A stretch of DNA of 63,804 bases, filler included, from Lenisia limosa (taxonomy: Eukaryota; Protista; Breviatea), in assembly GCA_001655205.1 (NCBI GenBank). It is 6 parts of 6 records of this genome, joined end to end, with 100 filler letters (N's around TTAATTAATTAA, not from the genome) between each part and the next. Parts side by side here need not be neighbours in the genome. Positions count along the whole stretch, not along the records: positions 31,790 to 53,808 come from LPNZ01008244.1; 5 more parts are not named here. One strand, 5' to 3'. This document shows positions 43,984-53,463 of the stretch, piece by piece. Every line of letters starts with the position of its first letter. Within the stretch, counting starts at the first letter, position 1. Both the position numbers and the translations under genes were made by a program. The notes beneath the pieces are model-generated. The model was not told the DNA's origin, searched no databases, and saw only the letters and a program-made list of their open reading frames with translations.

Positions 43984-44388
43984 TTACATAAATCTTTCAG
44001 GTTTGATATACCGAATATTCTTTTTTAAGTAACGATCGCACTGCTTAAGCATACCAGTTACATCTTTGCCATGTATAAACTCGTCATAGTTATTAGTTCT
44101 AGCACTACACTTACCATAGCTACACAGGTCCCAAGACAGATCCCAGAGGTTAATGCAATCACCCTTCCATAAATCCATTTGGGCCATAATTTCTTTCATT
44201 GAAAAATAATTATTGGACTGCCTACAAAACATGCTAGCAGTTTCATCTGAGTGTAGTACTCTCTTATTAAGGTATGCTCCAAAATTTACCAGGAAGCCTT
44301 CAGTGTCTTCAAGTAATGCACATGTGTGTCTACGGATAAAATCCATATCTCTTATGTTGTCAATATTAAAATTACAATCGTTCGACAT
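43984..44388 (-). CDS. Viral hypothetical protein (134 aa)
   Basis: Intact ORF between intergenic palindromes, starting in an A-rich (AAGAAGATG) context. No motif recognised. Confidence 0.65.
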   Translation of the reverse strand: MSNDCNFNIDNIRDMDFIRRHTCALLEDTEGFLVNFGAYLNKRVLHSDETASMFCRQSNNYFSMKEIMAQMDLWKGDCINLWDLSWDLCSYGKCSARTNNYDEFIHGKDVTGMLKQCDRYLKKNIRYIKPERFM

Positions 44389-44451
44389 CTTCTTTTTTTA
44401 TAGTTTAAAAAAATGATAAAAAATATTTTTTAAAAAAGTAACTTTTTTGGA

Positions 44452-45765
44452 CTACTCGATAAACTTGTTAATAGTCTCGATGTTGTGTTCAGGATTATCT
44501 TCCTCGAAGTACTGATACAGATTATAGTACGGTATGGTCTTCAGCATATTGTAAACTGCAATACAGTAGTAGCCACACAGTGCTGTGTCATCATTTTGTA
44601 TTTGAATATCATTTCGAATAATTTGTTTATCCGCAAAATTGTTGGTAATCAGTTCCTCATCAGCTATACTACCGAAACTATCAAAGTAGAACCACAGCTT
44701 ACTATTTAGCTTGTAAAGCAGTACCCAGTGTACACCACCAGTTGTGTCTATACCGTCTTTAGTCTTCTTCATGTTACCAGTATTAATGATTGCTCCCAGA
44801 GTATCTTTTTTGGCAAAGTATTCTTTAATACCTTTTTCATCACTCATAAAGGTTTTTATATTGTACTTCTCCTCTATCTCTCTGTTACTGAGTGCAGGTG
44901 CATCAATACCAATATCTGGTTCTATGTCTTCTTCTTCTTCTCCTTTGTTGCTGTAAATCTGTTCAACATCATATAACTCGTTACGTACTATTACGTCCTT
45001 GTCAGCTTTTAACCCTTGCTTCATTCGCGGTTCTAATAGAGAGCCAATTAGTTTCCAGTGACCAGCTCTAACACGTGTGTGCTTAATCCTGTCTTGAGGG
45101 AAAAAGGCAATACATGGCTTGTCCTCCTCGTTATCAAAGGCATTGATGATTTCATTTCCAAACTTCACACTACGAACTCTACTCAGCCCCATGTTTTCTC
45201 CGATGAAGGTTGCAACCGCTATTTGGCTGTCATTCATGTGTCCAAACGAATAGAACGCCTTGGCATTTTCCTTGATTTCATTGAAGTCCATTCTACCATT
45301 CTTCCACTTGTGTACCACAATGGTTGGACTGATATTGAAGTGCCTGCCACTCGTGAACAAGGGAGAGATTTGTTTTATAACATCCTTGTGTACTATGTCA
45401 TCAAATATAACTTCATAGCTGATTTCATCTGGATGGTCTTTAGCTGCATCTGCTGCTTTTTTCTTAATAAACTCATAGTCTATACTTGTTGAGCTTAAGT
45501 CAATGATGTCTAATTTAATATTTCTTTCGGTTGCTAGTTCATCCAGTGTTTTTAATATGGGTTGGTCAGTTGAGGTCGTATATACCAAGTACCCTGTAGA
45601 CTTCCTGTCTTGAAGAACGTCAAATACTAAATGAAAAGTTTTTCCACTACCTGTTCCTCCAATCATAACTGTACCGAAACAGCCATCTGGAGTAAATTTA
45701 GAGCGATGGACTTTTTGGACTTTGTTTTGATCGTCCAATAATACTTGCTTTTTAGAAATTGTCAT
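44452..45765 (-). CDS. A32/FtsK-HerA packaging ATPase fused to an adenain-type cysteine maturation protease
   Basis: Walker A GGTGSGKT (K42), Walker B VIFDD and LFTSGRHFNIS. Protease GVHWV (H346), FYFDSFG (D362) and QNDDTALCGYYC (Q390/C397). Confidence 0.9.
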   Translation of the reverse strand: MTISKKQVLLDDQNKVQKVHRSKFTPDGCFGTVMIGGTGSGKTFHLVFDVLQDRKSTGYLVYTTSTDQPILKTLDELATERNIKLDIIDLSSTSIDYEFIKKKAADAAKDHPDEISYEVIFDDIVHKDVIKQISPLFTSGRHFNISPTIVVHKWKNGRMDFNEIKENAKAFYSFGHMNDSQIAVATFIGENMGLSRVRSVKFGNEIINAFDNEEDKPCIAFFPQDRIKHTRVRAGHWKLIGSLLEPRMKQGLKADKDVIVRNELYDVEQIYSNKGEEEEDIEPDIGIDAPALSNREIEEKYNIKTFMSDEKGIKEYFAKKDTLGAIINTGNMKKTKDGIDTTGGVHWVLLYKLNSKLWFYFDSFGSIADEELITNNFADKQIIRNDIQIQNDDTALCGYYCIAVYNMLKTIPYYNLYQYFEEDNPEHNIETINKFIE

Positions 45766-45812
45766 TTTGTAGAAAATAATTTTATAAATATAATTTACAA
45801 AAAGAGTAAAAA

Positions 45813-47573
45813 ATGAAATCAGACCCAGAGAAGGAAAAATCTCGTGCGTTGAAAATACGAGAGCTCAACCAACTATTAGGGTTAGAGTACGCTTACCGTG
45901 ATGAAAGGTACGCCAGTGTTCTCGATGAAAATGGGAATATAAATAAGACTGCCACCAATGCTGTTGCAAAAGTACATAATAATGCAGCTAAAGCTAAAGC
46001 TGAAATTATAAAGGATGAAAACTTTAAGTATAACTCAGCGATGGAACAAAACAAGGCCATACGTGAGGACGTTGAAGATATTAAGGATATACTTGCTGAA
46101 AAACAATCTCAAAAAAAGTCTGTGGTGACAAGTGCATCGGGACCTGAATCTGAACCCGAACCTAAAAGAAAATATCAAAATAAACCCATGGCTCGCATAG
46201 TTGACATGAGTAATAAACCACGTAAACAAGGTGTGAACAAAACTAGCAGTAATCTGGAACCCATGATGTATAATAGTAGAAATGTCGTAAAGAAGACCAC
46301 CAAACCGAACTATGACGGCAAAGAGTTTAACTCTGCCGAAGATGCAGTTCTCCAGTTTATGGAATTTAAGAACAGTAAATCAAAGTATGATGGGTGGAGA
46401 CGAACACCTCCCGGTAAACTTACCAAGGACAACCCGTATATTTCCTTTAAGGTTAAAAACGAATATGCAGATTTTACTCCAAACGAATTTAATGAAGTAA
46501 AGCAGTACATACAGAAAATTAGAAACATTCACACGAATCACTTTGGTATGTGGCTCTTCCAAATTATTAAATATGATAAGGATGTTATTTCAAGTGAGGA
46601 CTTAAAAAGAGATTATCCAGACAATTACGAAGGTTGGGGACGTACTGAAGAAGAGTTTGCAGAGGCCCAGAGCAGGGAATGGGTGGAGAGGACGTTTGAG
46701 AAAGCTAGGAAGAGAAGAGAATTGGAAGCTAAGGAACAAGATGAAGCGTTCGCACAATTTGAAAAGGACAATGTCGACCCAACATGGTCACCTGAGGGGG
46801 AGGAGTACAATGGTAGACAACAGGAAGCTACAATGGATCGCCTCCAAATGAATAAACTTGATATTGTGTTATTAGGCAGTACTATTGCCAAAAAGATAAG
46901 CGAAGTTGTCGACCTAATTGACATAACACCTCGAGACTTCTTCTACATTATCTGGGAGTCTAGACAAGATGTAAATCCTGAAGGACGTAAAGCTTTGGAA
47001 GCTTTTATTGCTTCAACTGATGAAATAGAAGGTGCAGGTAAAAAACAAAAAAATAGACGTGGTAAAAGTCACAACTCTATGTGTATTTATCAGGATGGTA
47101 CACTTGGAAAACTTAAGTTTAATATGGGTGAACTACTCTTTAATAACTTTGCTAGTTGTACTGACCAGGACGGTAACGTTGTGTTGAATGAGGCAGTAAG
47201 TCCGCACATTACCGGGTTCTTAACAACAATGCATAGTACTAAGTACAAAGATATCAGCAAGGAAGATAGAGATCAGATTAGGAAAATTGTTGTTAAAGCT
47301 GATATTATTCCGAATAAAAATAATTCAAAGTTTAAACTAATTGCTGAGGATCACGAACCTTTGTTGATTCCAAAGAAGGCTACTAAAAAGTTCCTGAAAG
47401 AAAAGTTTAATGAACTCGTTGGAATTTATGCACAAGGTAATGGCGAACCTGGTAGTAACATCCATGATAACTTGCTCCGGATTATTAAGGAGTTAGAAGA
47501 GAGAGACACTAAACCTAGTGAAATTACTATGATGAAGAGAAAGATGATGGGCGGACAGAGATTCTTCTTCTGA
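45813..47573 (+). CDS. Viral 586-aa protein, candidate core/virion protein
   Basis: Long intact charged ORF with adenain-consensus sites IEGA|G and MMGG|Q. The C-terminal ELVGIYAQGN...IIKEL helix is reminiscent of conserved uncharacterised Polinton proteins. Confidence 0.7.
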   Translation: MKSDPEKEKSRALKIRELNQLLGLEYAYRDERYASVLDENGNINKTATNAVAKVHNNAAKAKAEIIKDENFKYNSAMEQNKAIREDVEDIKDILAEKQSQKKSVVTSASGPESEPEPKRKYQNKPMARIVDMSNKPRKQGVNKTSSNLEPMMYNSRNVVKKTTKPNYDGKEFNSAEDAVLQFMEFKNSKSKYDGWRRTPPGKLTKDNPYISFKVKNEYADFTPNEFNEVKQYIQKIRNIHTNHFGMWLFQIIKYDKDVISSEDLKRDYPDNYEGWGRTEEEFAEAQSREWVERTFEKARKRRELEAKEQDEAFAQFEKDNVDPTWSPEGEEYNGRQQEATMDRLQMNKLDIVLLGSTIAKKISEVVDLIDITPRDFFYIIWESRQDVNPEGRKALEAFIASTDEIEGAGKKQKNRRGKSHNSMCIYQDGTLGKLKFNMGELLFNNFASCTDQDGNVVLNEAVSPHITGFLTTMHSTKYKDISKEDRDQIRKIVVKADIIPNKNNSKFKLIAEDHEPLLIPKKATKKFLKEKFNELVGIYAQGNGEPGSNIHDNLLRIIKELEERDTKPSEITMMKRKMMGGQRFFF

Positions 47574-47575
47574 TA

Positions 47576-47593
47576 AAAAAAAATATTTTTTTT
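47576..47593. terminator. A8-TA-T8 palindrome between convergent viral stop codons, representative of an element-wide motif
   Basis: Perfect 18-bp palindrome filling most of a 22-bp gap between convergent genes. Similar palindromes occur in most viral spacers. The terminator role is inferred. Confidence 0.5.
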
Positions 47594-47595
47594 AT

Positions 47596-48306
47596 TTAGA
47601 CCTTCGTAGTATACAGCTCCTCATAGAAAGGAACGTGAGGAAACATTCTATGTCTACCATAGCCCTCCTTTCGTTTGCTGTAAGGCAAGGATGAAAGTCC
47701 TCCTTTTTTGTTGTAAGGTAGTGTTGAAAGTCCACCATTAAATTTACCTTTGCCGTATTTATCATAGGCATAGTCAGCAGCTTTAGTAGCTACATAAGAA
47801 GCAGCAAAGGCCGCAACTGGACCGAAGCCACCTTGTTTGTAATAGTCACCACTACCCATATCGACATCATCACCATCATCGCCCATACTTTCCTGTGCTT
47901 TGTCCTTGTAGTACTTAACTTCATCCTTAAGTGAGTCGATTTGATCAACATAACCGGCTACTTCTTTTGCTATAGCAGCTGGGTCACTCTTAACTCGCTC
48001 TACAAAGTCTGCAACAGTGTCTTCAAATGTGTCAACATTTTGTTCAATTTTATCTGCATATTTTAGTCCTTTTTCAATTGATGCAGCAAAAGGAACTTCT
48101 TCTTTAATTGTGTCAACAACCTCACTTGCTATTGGGTTCTTACGTACTTCCTTACTAATTTTGCGTCCGGTATTCGCAGCCTGTTTTACAGTGCTCCTTG
48201 CCTTCTTCGCGGTTTTCTTTAGTTTCTTGAACAAACCCTCTCCCTCATATTCGTAGTTGAAATCATCATCGCTGAAATCATCATCCTCTGGTTCAAAAAA
48301 TGACAT
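47596..48306 (-). CDS. Viral 236-aa protein, candidate protease-matured membrane-penetration or core protein
   Basis: Acidic leader (aa 1-23), then EGE|GLFKKLKKTAKKARSTVKQAA (basic amphipathic helix). Several GG and GxG sites at the C-terminus. Confidence 0.7.
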   Translation of the reverse strand: MSFFEPEDDDFSDDDFNYEYEGEGLFKKLKKTAKKARSTVKQAANTGRKISKEVRKNPIASEVVDTIKEEVPFAASIEKGLKYADKIEQNVDTFEDTVADFVERVKSDPAAIAKEVAGYVDQIDSLKDEVKYYKDKAQESMGDDGDDVDMGSGDYYKQGGFGPVAAFAASYVATKAADYAYDKYGKGKFNGGLSTLPYNKKGGLSSLPYSKRKEGYGRHRMFPHVPFYEELYTTKV

Positions 48307-48380
48307 TGTTTTCGAAATATTATACTCTTTTTGAAAAAATATATTATTTTAAATTATTTTAAAAAAGAACCAAATTAAAA

Positions 48381-49808
48381 ATGTCAACGAACTTTATTGA
48401 ATCCATGTTGCGTGTCGATGACAAGAGCCATGATATTACGGTCGAAAGTGTTATTGACCACCAAATAGAAAATACTACTTCACAAAATGAACCAACTGTA
48501 ACTTTTAAGTTAAGTACAGACGCGTCTTCATTCATTGAAACAAGTACTCTCTCTATTTATTGGAGAGAAAAATTAGAACTAGCAAATGGAGGCGTTTATA
48601 ATCTTGCAGCTACTACTGCTGTTGACGATACTGCTGAAGCTATATCTGGAAAACAATCCTTCGTCTATGCTAATTCTTATCACCAAATTAAGTCAATTAA
48701 AATATACAGTAATGGAACAGATATCTTACCTCCTGTTGATAATTCTACTGCAGGGATTATAGCGGATAACTATATGGATAAATATTACACTAATGACTAC
48801 TTGGATACAACTGGCCTTACTGAATTTGTTTTCAATCCAAGAAGTGAGAACACTGCTGCTCTCGGTAAAGCCGTTTATATTGGTGGTAATTATGTTGAGC
48901 GTGAAATTTTGCTTCCAGTGTTGTTCCCATTTATGAAGACTAATCCCGTTTTACCTCCCTCTTCGTCATATATGTTTGAGATTACTTTCAGAGACTCTTC
49001 AGAAAGTATTTGTAAAACCAGTGATGCTGCACTTCCTGTAAAGATAGACCGTGAAAAGGTTGTGCTAAAGAATCGTAAAATTAAATTGTCAGATAAAGGC
49101 AGAGCAGCTTACTTGCAAGGACTTTCCATTATTGACGATAAAATTGTACACACATACCTTCATCAAAGGATTTCAAATCCTGTACAAATAGGGTCAGCTA
49201 AGGTTACTGAGACTAGTACTTGTAATGTTGACAATCTCGCAACAGCGATAGACACTAAGGTTATTGATTGGGGTGCTTCTAGGGCAACTGGAACCTATGT
49301 GACAAGAAGGCTGAAAAGTCATCAGGTTGACATTGGTATTGATACATTTCCTAGGAATGGATATGAGAACAAGCTTGCCACCAATGATGTATTCAATTCT
49401 TATGTCCGTTATAGACGTGCGTGTATGAATTCAAGCGCTACACACAAAGATGTAGTGTTAACTATTAAGGACTTTAAAAATGCAAACGGAAAATGGCTCG
49501 ACTGTATTGACGTGTTACCAGACCGGATTCATCGCCAATTTCTGACAACTACCAATAATCAAGTTATTGATAAAATTGAGTTAGAAAATGCACCTGGGAA
49601 TTCTAATACTTATTTGTACACTTGTACGTTTGGTGATGCTGTCCTACTGTATGATGGAAAGCAAAGTGGAAATTTTAAAACTATTTATACCAAAACTCCA
49701 CTGGAAAACAATCCAAAATTGGATGTTAAGAAAACTATGCGCCAAAACAAAGCAGCAATGAAAGCAAGGAATGCTAACCCTAATGCTGAAACAGAAATTG
49801 AGAGCTAA
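48381..49808 (+). CDS. Major capsid protein (double jelly-roll, Polinton-like)
   Basis: 475 aa and beta-rich. VTFKL...FIETSTLSIYWREKL, HQIKSIKIYSNGTDI and LLPVLFPFMKTNPVLPPSSSYMFEITF follow the Polinton MCP pattern. It lies in the structural module near penton and fibre. Confidence 0.75.
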   Translation: MSTNFIESMLRVDDKSHDITVESVIDHQIENTTSQNEPTVTFKLSTDASSFIETSTLSIYWREKLELANGGVYNLAATTAVDDTAEAISGKQSFVYANSYHQIKSIKIYSNGTDILPPVDNSTAGIIADNYMDKYYTNDYLDTTGLTEFVFNPRSENTAALGKAVYIGGNYVEREILLPVLFPFMKTNPVLPPSSSYMFEITFRDSSESICKTSDAALPVKIDREKVVLKNRKIKLSDKGRAAYLQGLSIIDDKIVHTYLHQRISNPVQIGSAKVTETSTCNVDNLATAIDTKVIDWGASRATGTYVTRRLKSHQVDIGIDTFPRNGYENKLATNDVFNSYVRYRRACMNSSATHKDVVLTIKDFKNANGKWLDCIDVLPDRIHRQFLTTTNNQVIDKIELENAPGNSNTYLYTCTFGDAVLLYDGKQSGNFKTIYTKTPLENNPKLDVKKTMRQNKAAMKARNANPNAETEIES

Positions 49809-49858
49809 ATAATAAATTATTAAAAATTTAAAAAATATTTTTTTTTATATTTAAAAAA

Positions 49859-50506
49859 ATGTCATATCCGAAAATACCAATTCAAGATAATCCATACCTA
49901 CCTTCTGCACCACCACTTACAAAATCCGCATCTATCTTACTTAAATGTGGGTGTAGTGTAGCATATGAAGATAGAAAAAAACCATGCATTAAACACAACG
50001 ACAAAAAGAAGTTGATTGAACTTACACTAGATGAGGAACGTGGTGCAGAAAAAATTGTTCCTGATGAGTTAATCAAATATAACGAATTTAAGGCTTGTGC
50101 CCGAAAATATTTTAATGTTAAGGACATCTACAATTCCGAAAGCGACAAGGTTGAGGTGTTCATCATCCAGAAAAATAAATTTGTAAAGAGAAAGAGTAAC
50201 TGGATAAAAATTGATGAAAATAAAATCCAGGAATACACCAGTTATATGGTTAGTGAACAAGGGACTACGGATATGGAGTTGTGTGTAAAACAACACGGTA
50301 AGGCTGTCAAGGTTCTAACTAACAAAGAGTACAGAGAAGGGTTGCGCAAGCAGAATGGGCAACTTAATATTTCAAGTATCTATAAAAAAATAACAAAACG
50401 AGGTCTCCTCATTGGAACAGGCACAGTTATAGCGTTTTTTCTTAACCCTGTCCTTGGGGCTTTCACTGCCTTTTCTGGGGGTGTCTATGAAAATACAAAA
50501 AAATAA
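49859..50506 (+). CDS. Viral 215-aa protein with an N-terminal PSAP motif and a C-terminal hydrophobic segment
   Basis: MSYPKI...YLPSAPPL at the N-terminus and LLIGTGTVIAFFLNPVLGAFTAFSGGVY at the C-terminus. Confidence 0.7.
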   Translation: MSYPKIPIQDNPYLPSAPPLTKSASILLKCGCSVAYEDRKKPCIKHNDKKKLIELTLDEERGAEKIVPDELIKYNEFKACARKYFNVKDIYNSESDKVEVFIIQKNKFVKRKSNWIKIDENKIQEYTSYMVSEQGTTDMELCVKQHGKAVKVLTNKEYREGLRKQNGQLNISSIYKKITKRGLLIGTGTVIAFFLNPVLGAFTAFSGGVYENTKK

Positions 50507-50550
50507 AGCAATTTAAACCTTTAAAAATATATTTTTTTTGAAATAAAACA

Positions 50551-51306
50551 ATGAGACAAATACAATTTACGTTCCAAGGTGCTGAAGGCGAAATTAATTT
50601 TAACCCCGCACTGAGAGTAGAAGAAAATTCAAGGATACGACTGAACTTACTAACTTTCCCAAATTACATATACAACATACATCCAGATAACAATGAAGTG
50701 TCAGTTACATACATGGGGACTACGTACACGCGTAACATTCCAACAGGAGTGTACTCAAACATGGCACTGATGAATGACACATTAAATACATTATTTTATC
50801 CTGAACTACCTGTTAACTGGGTAGTTATCGGTACTAATGGTTCATCTTACAAGGTAGGGTTTATGCTACTTGATGGAGTAACACTAGATCTGAAAAATTT
50901 AGGTAAATTCTTTGGGTTTTCTAATGGGGTATTGGTTGGAACTACAGAAATGACTTCATCAGTGGTTGATGGAGTACTAGTTAATGCAGTCACAAATAAA
51001 TTGTATACAGCCGATCAATTTCCAGACATGTCTAATGGAGTTGATGTAGTTTACATTCGGTGTAACCTGGTTAAAACCCAATTTAATAATGACAAGTACT
51101 CTGAAATATTGGAAATTATGCCATTCACTGGTAACACAGGAGATTTGATAAGCTATACACAAGAAAACCTCAGTAACGTTGCAAAACCGATGAAAACAAA
51201 TGTGGTGAATAGCGCTAAAATTAGTTTAGGTGATAAAGCTGGTAATTTACTCTACTTTGGAAGCGGATTAAACGACTACACAACTGTTGTATTAATTATA
51301 GAATAA
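50551..51306 (+). CDS. Minor capsid (penton) protein, single jelly-roll
   Basis: YNIHPDNNEV...IPTGVYS...LNTLF and VYIRCNLVKTQF...SEILEIMPF are characteristic of Polinton/PLV/virophage pentons. Confidence 0.85.
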   Translation: MRQIQFTFQGAEGEINFNPALRVEENSRIRLNLLTFPNYIYNIHPDNNEVSVTYMGTTYTRNIPTGVYSNMALMNDTLNTLFYPELPVNWVVIGTNGSSYKVGFMLLDGVTLDLKNLGKFFGFSNGVLVGTTEMTSSVVDGVLVNAVTNKLYTADQFPDMSNGVDVVYIRCNLVKTQFNNDKYSEILEIMPFTGNTGDLISYTQENLSNVAKPMKTNVVNSAKISLGDKAGNLLYFGSGLNDYTTVVLIIE

Positions 51307-51334
51307 ATAAAATATTTTTTTTTATATTAAAAAA

Positions 51335-53188
51335 ATGGAACTACCAAGTGGATGGATTACGAGTGGGTCAATAAAAAATGGGACCACTGCTTCTGGAGAG
51401 ACCGTATCTTCTGTAGCAGGACCTGCCGGGATTGGGTTTAATTTAGATGATGATTTAAACTTTGATATTGGTGGAAAGAAATTGGTGAACGTCGCTTTGC
51501 CTGAAAATGATGGTGACGTATGCACTAAAAAATACGTAACAGAAAAAATAATTGAAGACAATATATTAGACGCTACTGCCATACAGAACAGTGCCAACAC
51601 TATTGGTGCTCAAATTACAGCGTTAAACACTACACAAGCTGGAGTTTATGATGATAAAATTTTACCAGCATATAATCACTCAGTTGAGGAGCATTTTGAA
51701 CCGCAGTTATTTCAAGACCATCTCACTGCCCACTTTGCCGGAACATACTNNNNNNNNNNNNNNNNNNNNNNNNNNNNNNATTTAAAAGTAGAAGGTGACT
51801 TTGAAGCAACTGGTTTCAAAATTACTCAAAGCGATATAGTTTATAATAATAGAACGTGGGCAACCCAGTATAACAGTGATCCTGTTGACAACATTGTTTT
51901 CAATATGAAATCGCCAAATGTTTTCAATGTTAGAAGTATCTCATTAACTCTGGAAGCAAGTAAAATTTCTGATGGAAGTAGATGTGGCGCTGATGATGTA
52001 ACTGTTATCTTATCCATCAATAGTGTTGTTAAAGTTCAATTAAATAATTATAAGTTTACCTCATGGGGACTGAATACTATAGCAATAGCTGATGTGAACA
52101 ATCCCATTCAAATTAATGCTAATGATATTATACAAATTGAAATGATAAATAATTCTGCTGATAGAAAAATAGTAACTAAGTTTCAAGACAAAATTGACGC
52201 TGAATTTATTAGTTTGAACATGGATGGAGATTTATCAATCGAAAAAATGATTGAGCTCAGGCTTGTTGGAATTGAAATTGATACATCTACAATACTAGCC
52301 ACCGAATGGGATGAAGGTGAAGGAAGACATATTCTAAATGTAAGTGAACGATTAAAATTAGGTGCTTTTGATAACGTTGAAACTGAAATGAATACAATGA
52401 GTGACCGAATTGATAGTGTAGAACTTAATAATACCAATCAAGACATATTTATTGCTGATCATAGCACTCGGATTACTAATTTAGAAGCTGCAGGTGGTAC
52501 TGATTTAACACCGCTTGAAAACAGAATAACAACTGTTGAAGGAACTTCTAATACAAACAGTGGAACCATCACTAATATTAATTCAACCCTTGGAAACCAT
52601 ACAACTTCCATAACTGGTCTAAATACAACAGTAAATCCTTTTATGGGATACTTTAACACAATCAAAGAAAAATTTAACAAGATGTTAGAATTACATAGTG
52701 TAATAGGACATATGGCTGCTCAATTCCAAACTACAGGACCTGCTGCTATTCCTAATGGTCAATTAACTACACATATTCCTTTTGAAGCTGGTTCTAATAT
52801 ATCAGGTTATGTCGAGGGATTAACCAACGCTTCAACAGGGAAAATGTTAATATTAAAGGATTGTTTATTTCTTATTGAAGCAAACTTATACTTTGATAAT
52901 AGTTTAGACGTGTCTAACACAGGTAGTCTAAATCTTGCAATAGCAGTTAATGGTGAAAGTAATTGGATGCAAACCGTTAGGTCCCATGAAACAGCACCAA
53001 CTTTCACTATAAATAGTTCCAAATTAATGAACTTATATGCTAACGATGAAATTCAGTTAGTTATGGATCATAATAATCGAGATGGGTTGACACATGGTAA
53101 TAACACTTACTATACACATTCTTCATGGTCTTTGACTATTATCCAGCCTAAAGAAATGAATAGTTTATCACCCATATCAGACTATTAA
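51335..53188 (+). CDS. Fibre/spike protein with a coiled-coil stalk and C1q-like head; frame across the 30-N gap unverified
   Basis: Fibre collar motif KLVNVALPENDGDVCTKKYV, heptads (RIDSVE..RITNLE..RITTVE), and a C-terminal TGKMLILKDCLFLIEANLYF...IAVNG...SSKLMNLYANDEIQLVM. Confidence 0.7.
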   Translation: MELPSGWITSGSIKNGTTASGETVSSVAGPAGIGFNLDDDLNFDIGGKKLVNVALPENDGDVCTKKYVTEKIIEDNILDATAIQNSANTIGAQITALNTTQAGVYDDKILPAYNHSVEEHFEPQLFQDHLTAHFAGTYXXXXXXXXXXXLKVEGDFEATGFKITQSDIVYNNRTWATQYNSDPVDNIVFNMKSPNVFNVRSISLTLEASKISDGSRCGADDVTVILSINSVVKVQLNNYKFTSWGLNTIAIADVNNPIQINANDIIQIEMINNSADRKIVTKFQDKIDAEFISLNMDGDLSIEKMIELRLVGIEIDTSTILATEWDEGEGRHILNVSERLKLGAFDNVETEMNTMSDRIDSVELNNTNQDIFIADHSTRITNLEAAGGTDLTPLENRITTVEGTSNTNSGTITNINSTLGNHTTSITGLNTTVNPFMGYFNTIKEKFNKMLELHSVIGHMAAQFQTTGPAAIPNGQLTTHIPFEAGSNISGYVEGLTNASTGKMLILKDCLFLIEANLYFDNSLDVSNTGSLNLAIAVNGESNWMQTVRSHETAPTFTINSSKLMNLYANDEIQLVMDHNNRDGLTHGNNTYYTHSSWSLTIIQPKEMNSLSPISDY

Positions 53189-53463
53189 ATAAAGAATATA
53201 TTTTTTTTGAGTTACTATCAAAGGGGAGGCACCACGTTCTTTGTTTTGTCTTTTATATTATTGCTCTGTTGATGTTTGTTATAAGAGGTGATTTGAGGTA
53301 TTGGTATCCAACTTAAATCCTCATATAGTTCATGCTTGAGGTGTGTCTTTTTGTGTTGTCGCGTGCGTTTTGCGTTGTTCTGTGTAAGGAGAGGTGATTT
53401 TAATGGGATGTTGCATTGGCGTCCATTCTGAAAAAAAAAAGTTTTGAAAAAAAGTAATTATTT

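Noticed and set aside
38748-53022. Short antisense ORFs overlapping the viral genes
   Set aside because: Shadows of long motif-bearing ORFs on the opposite strand or frame.
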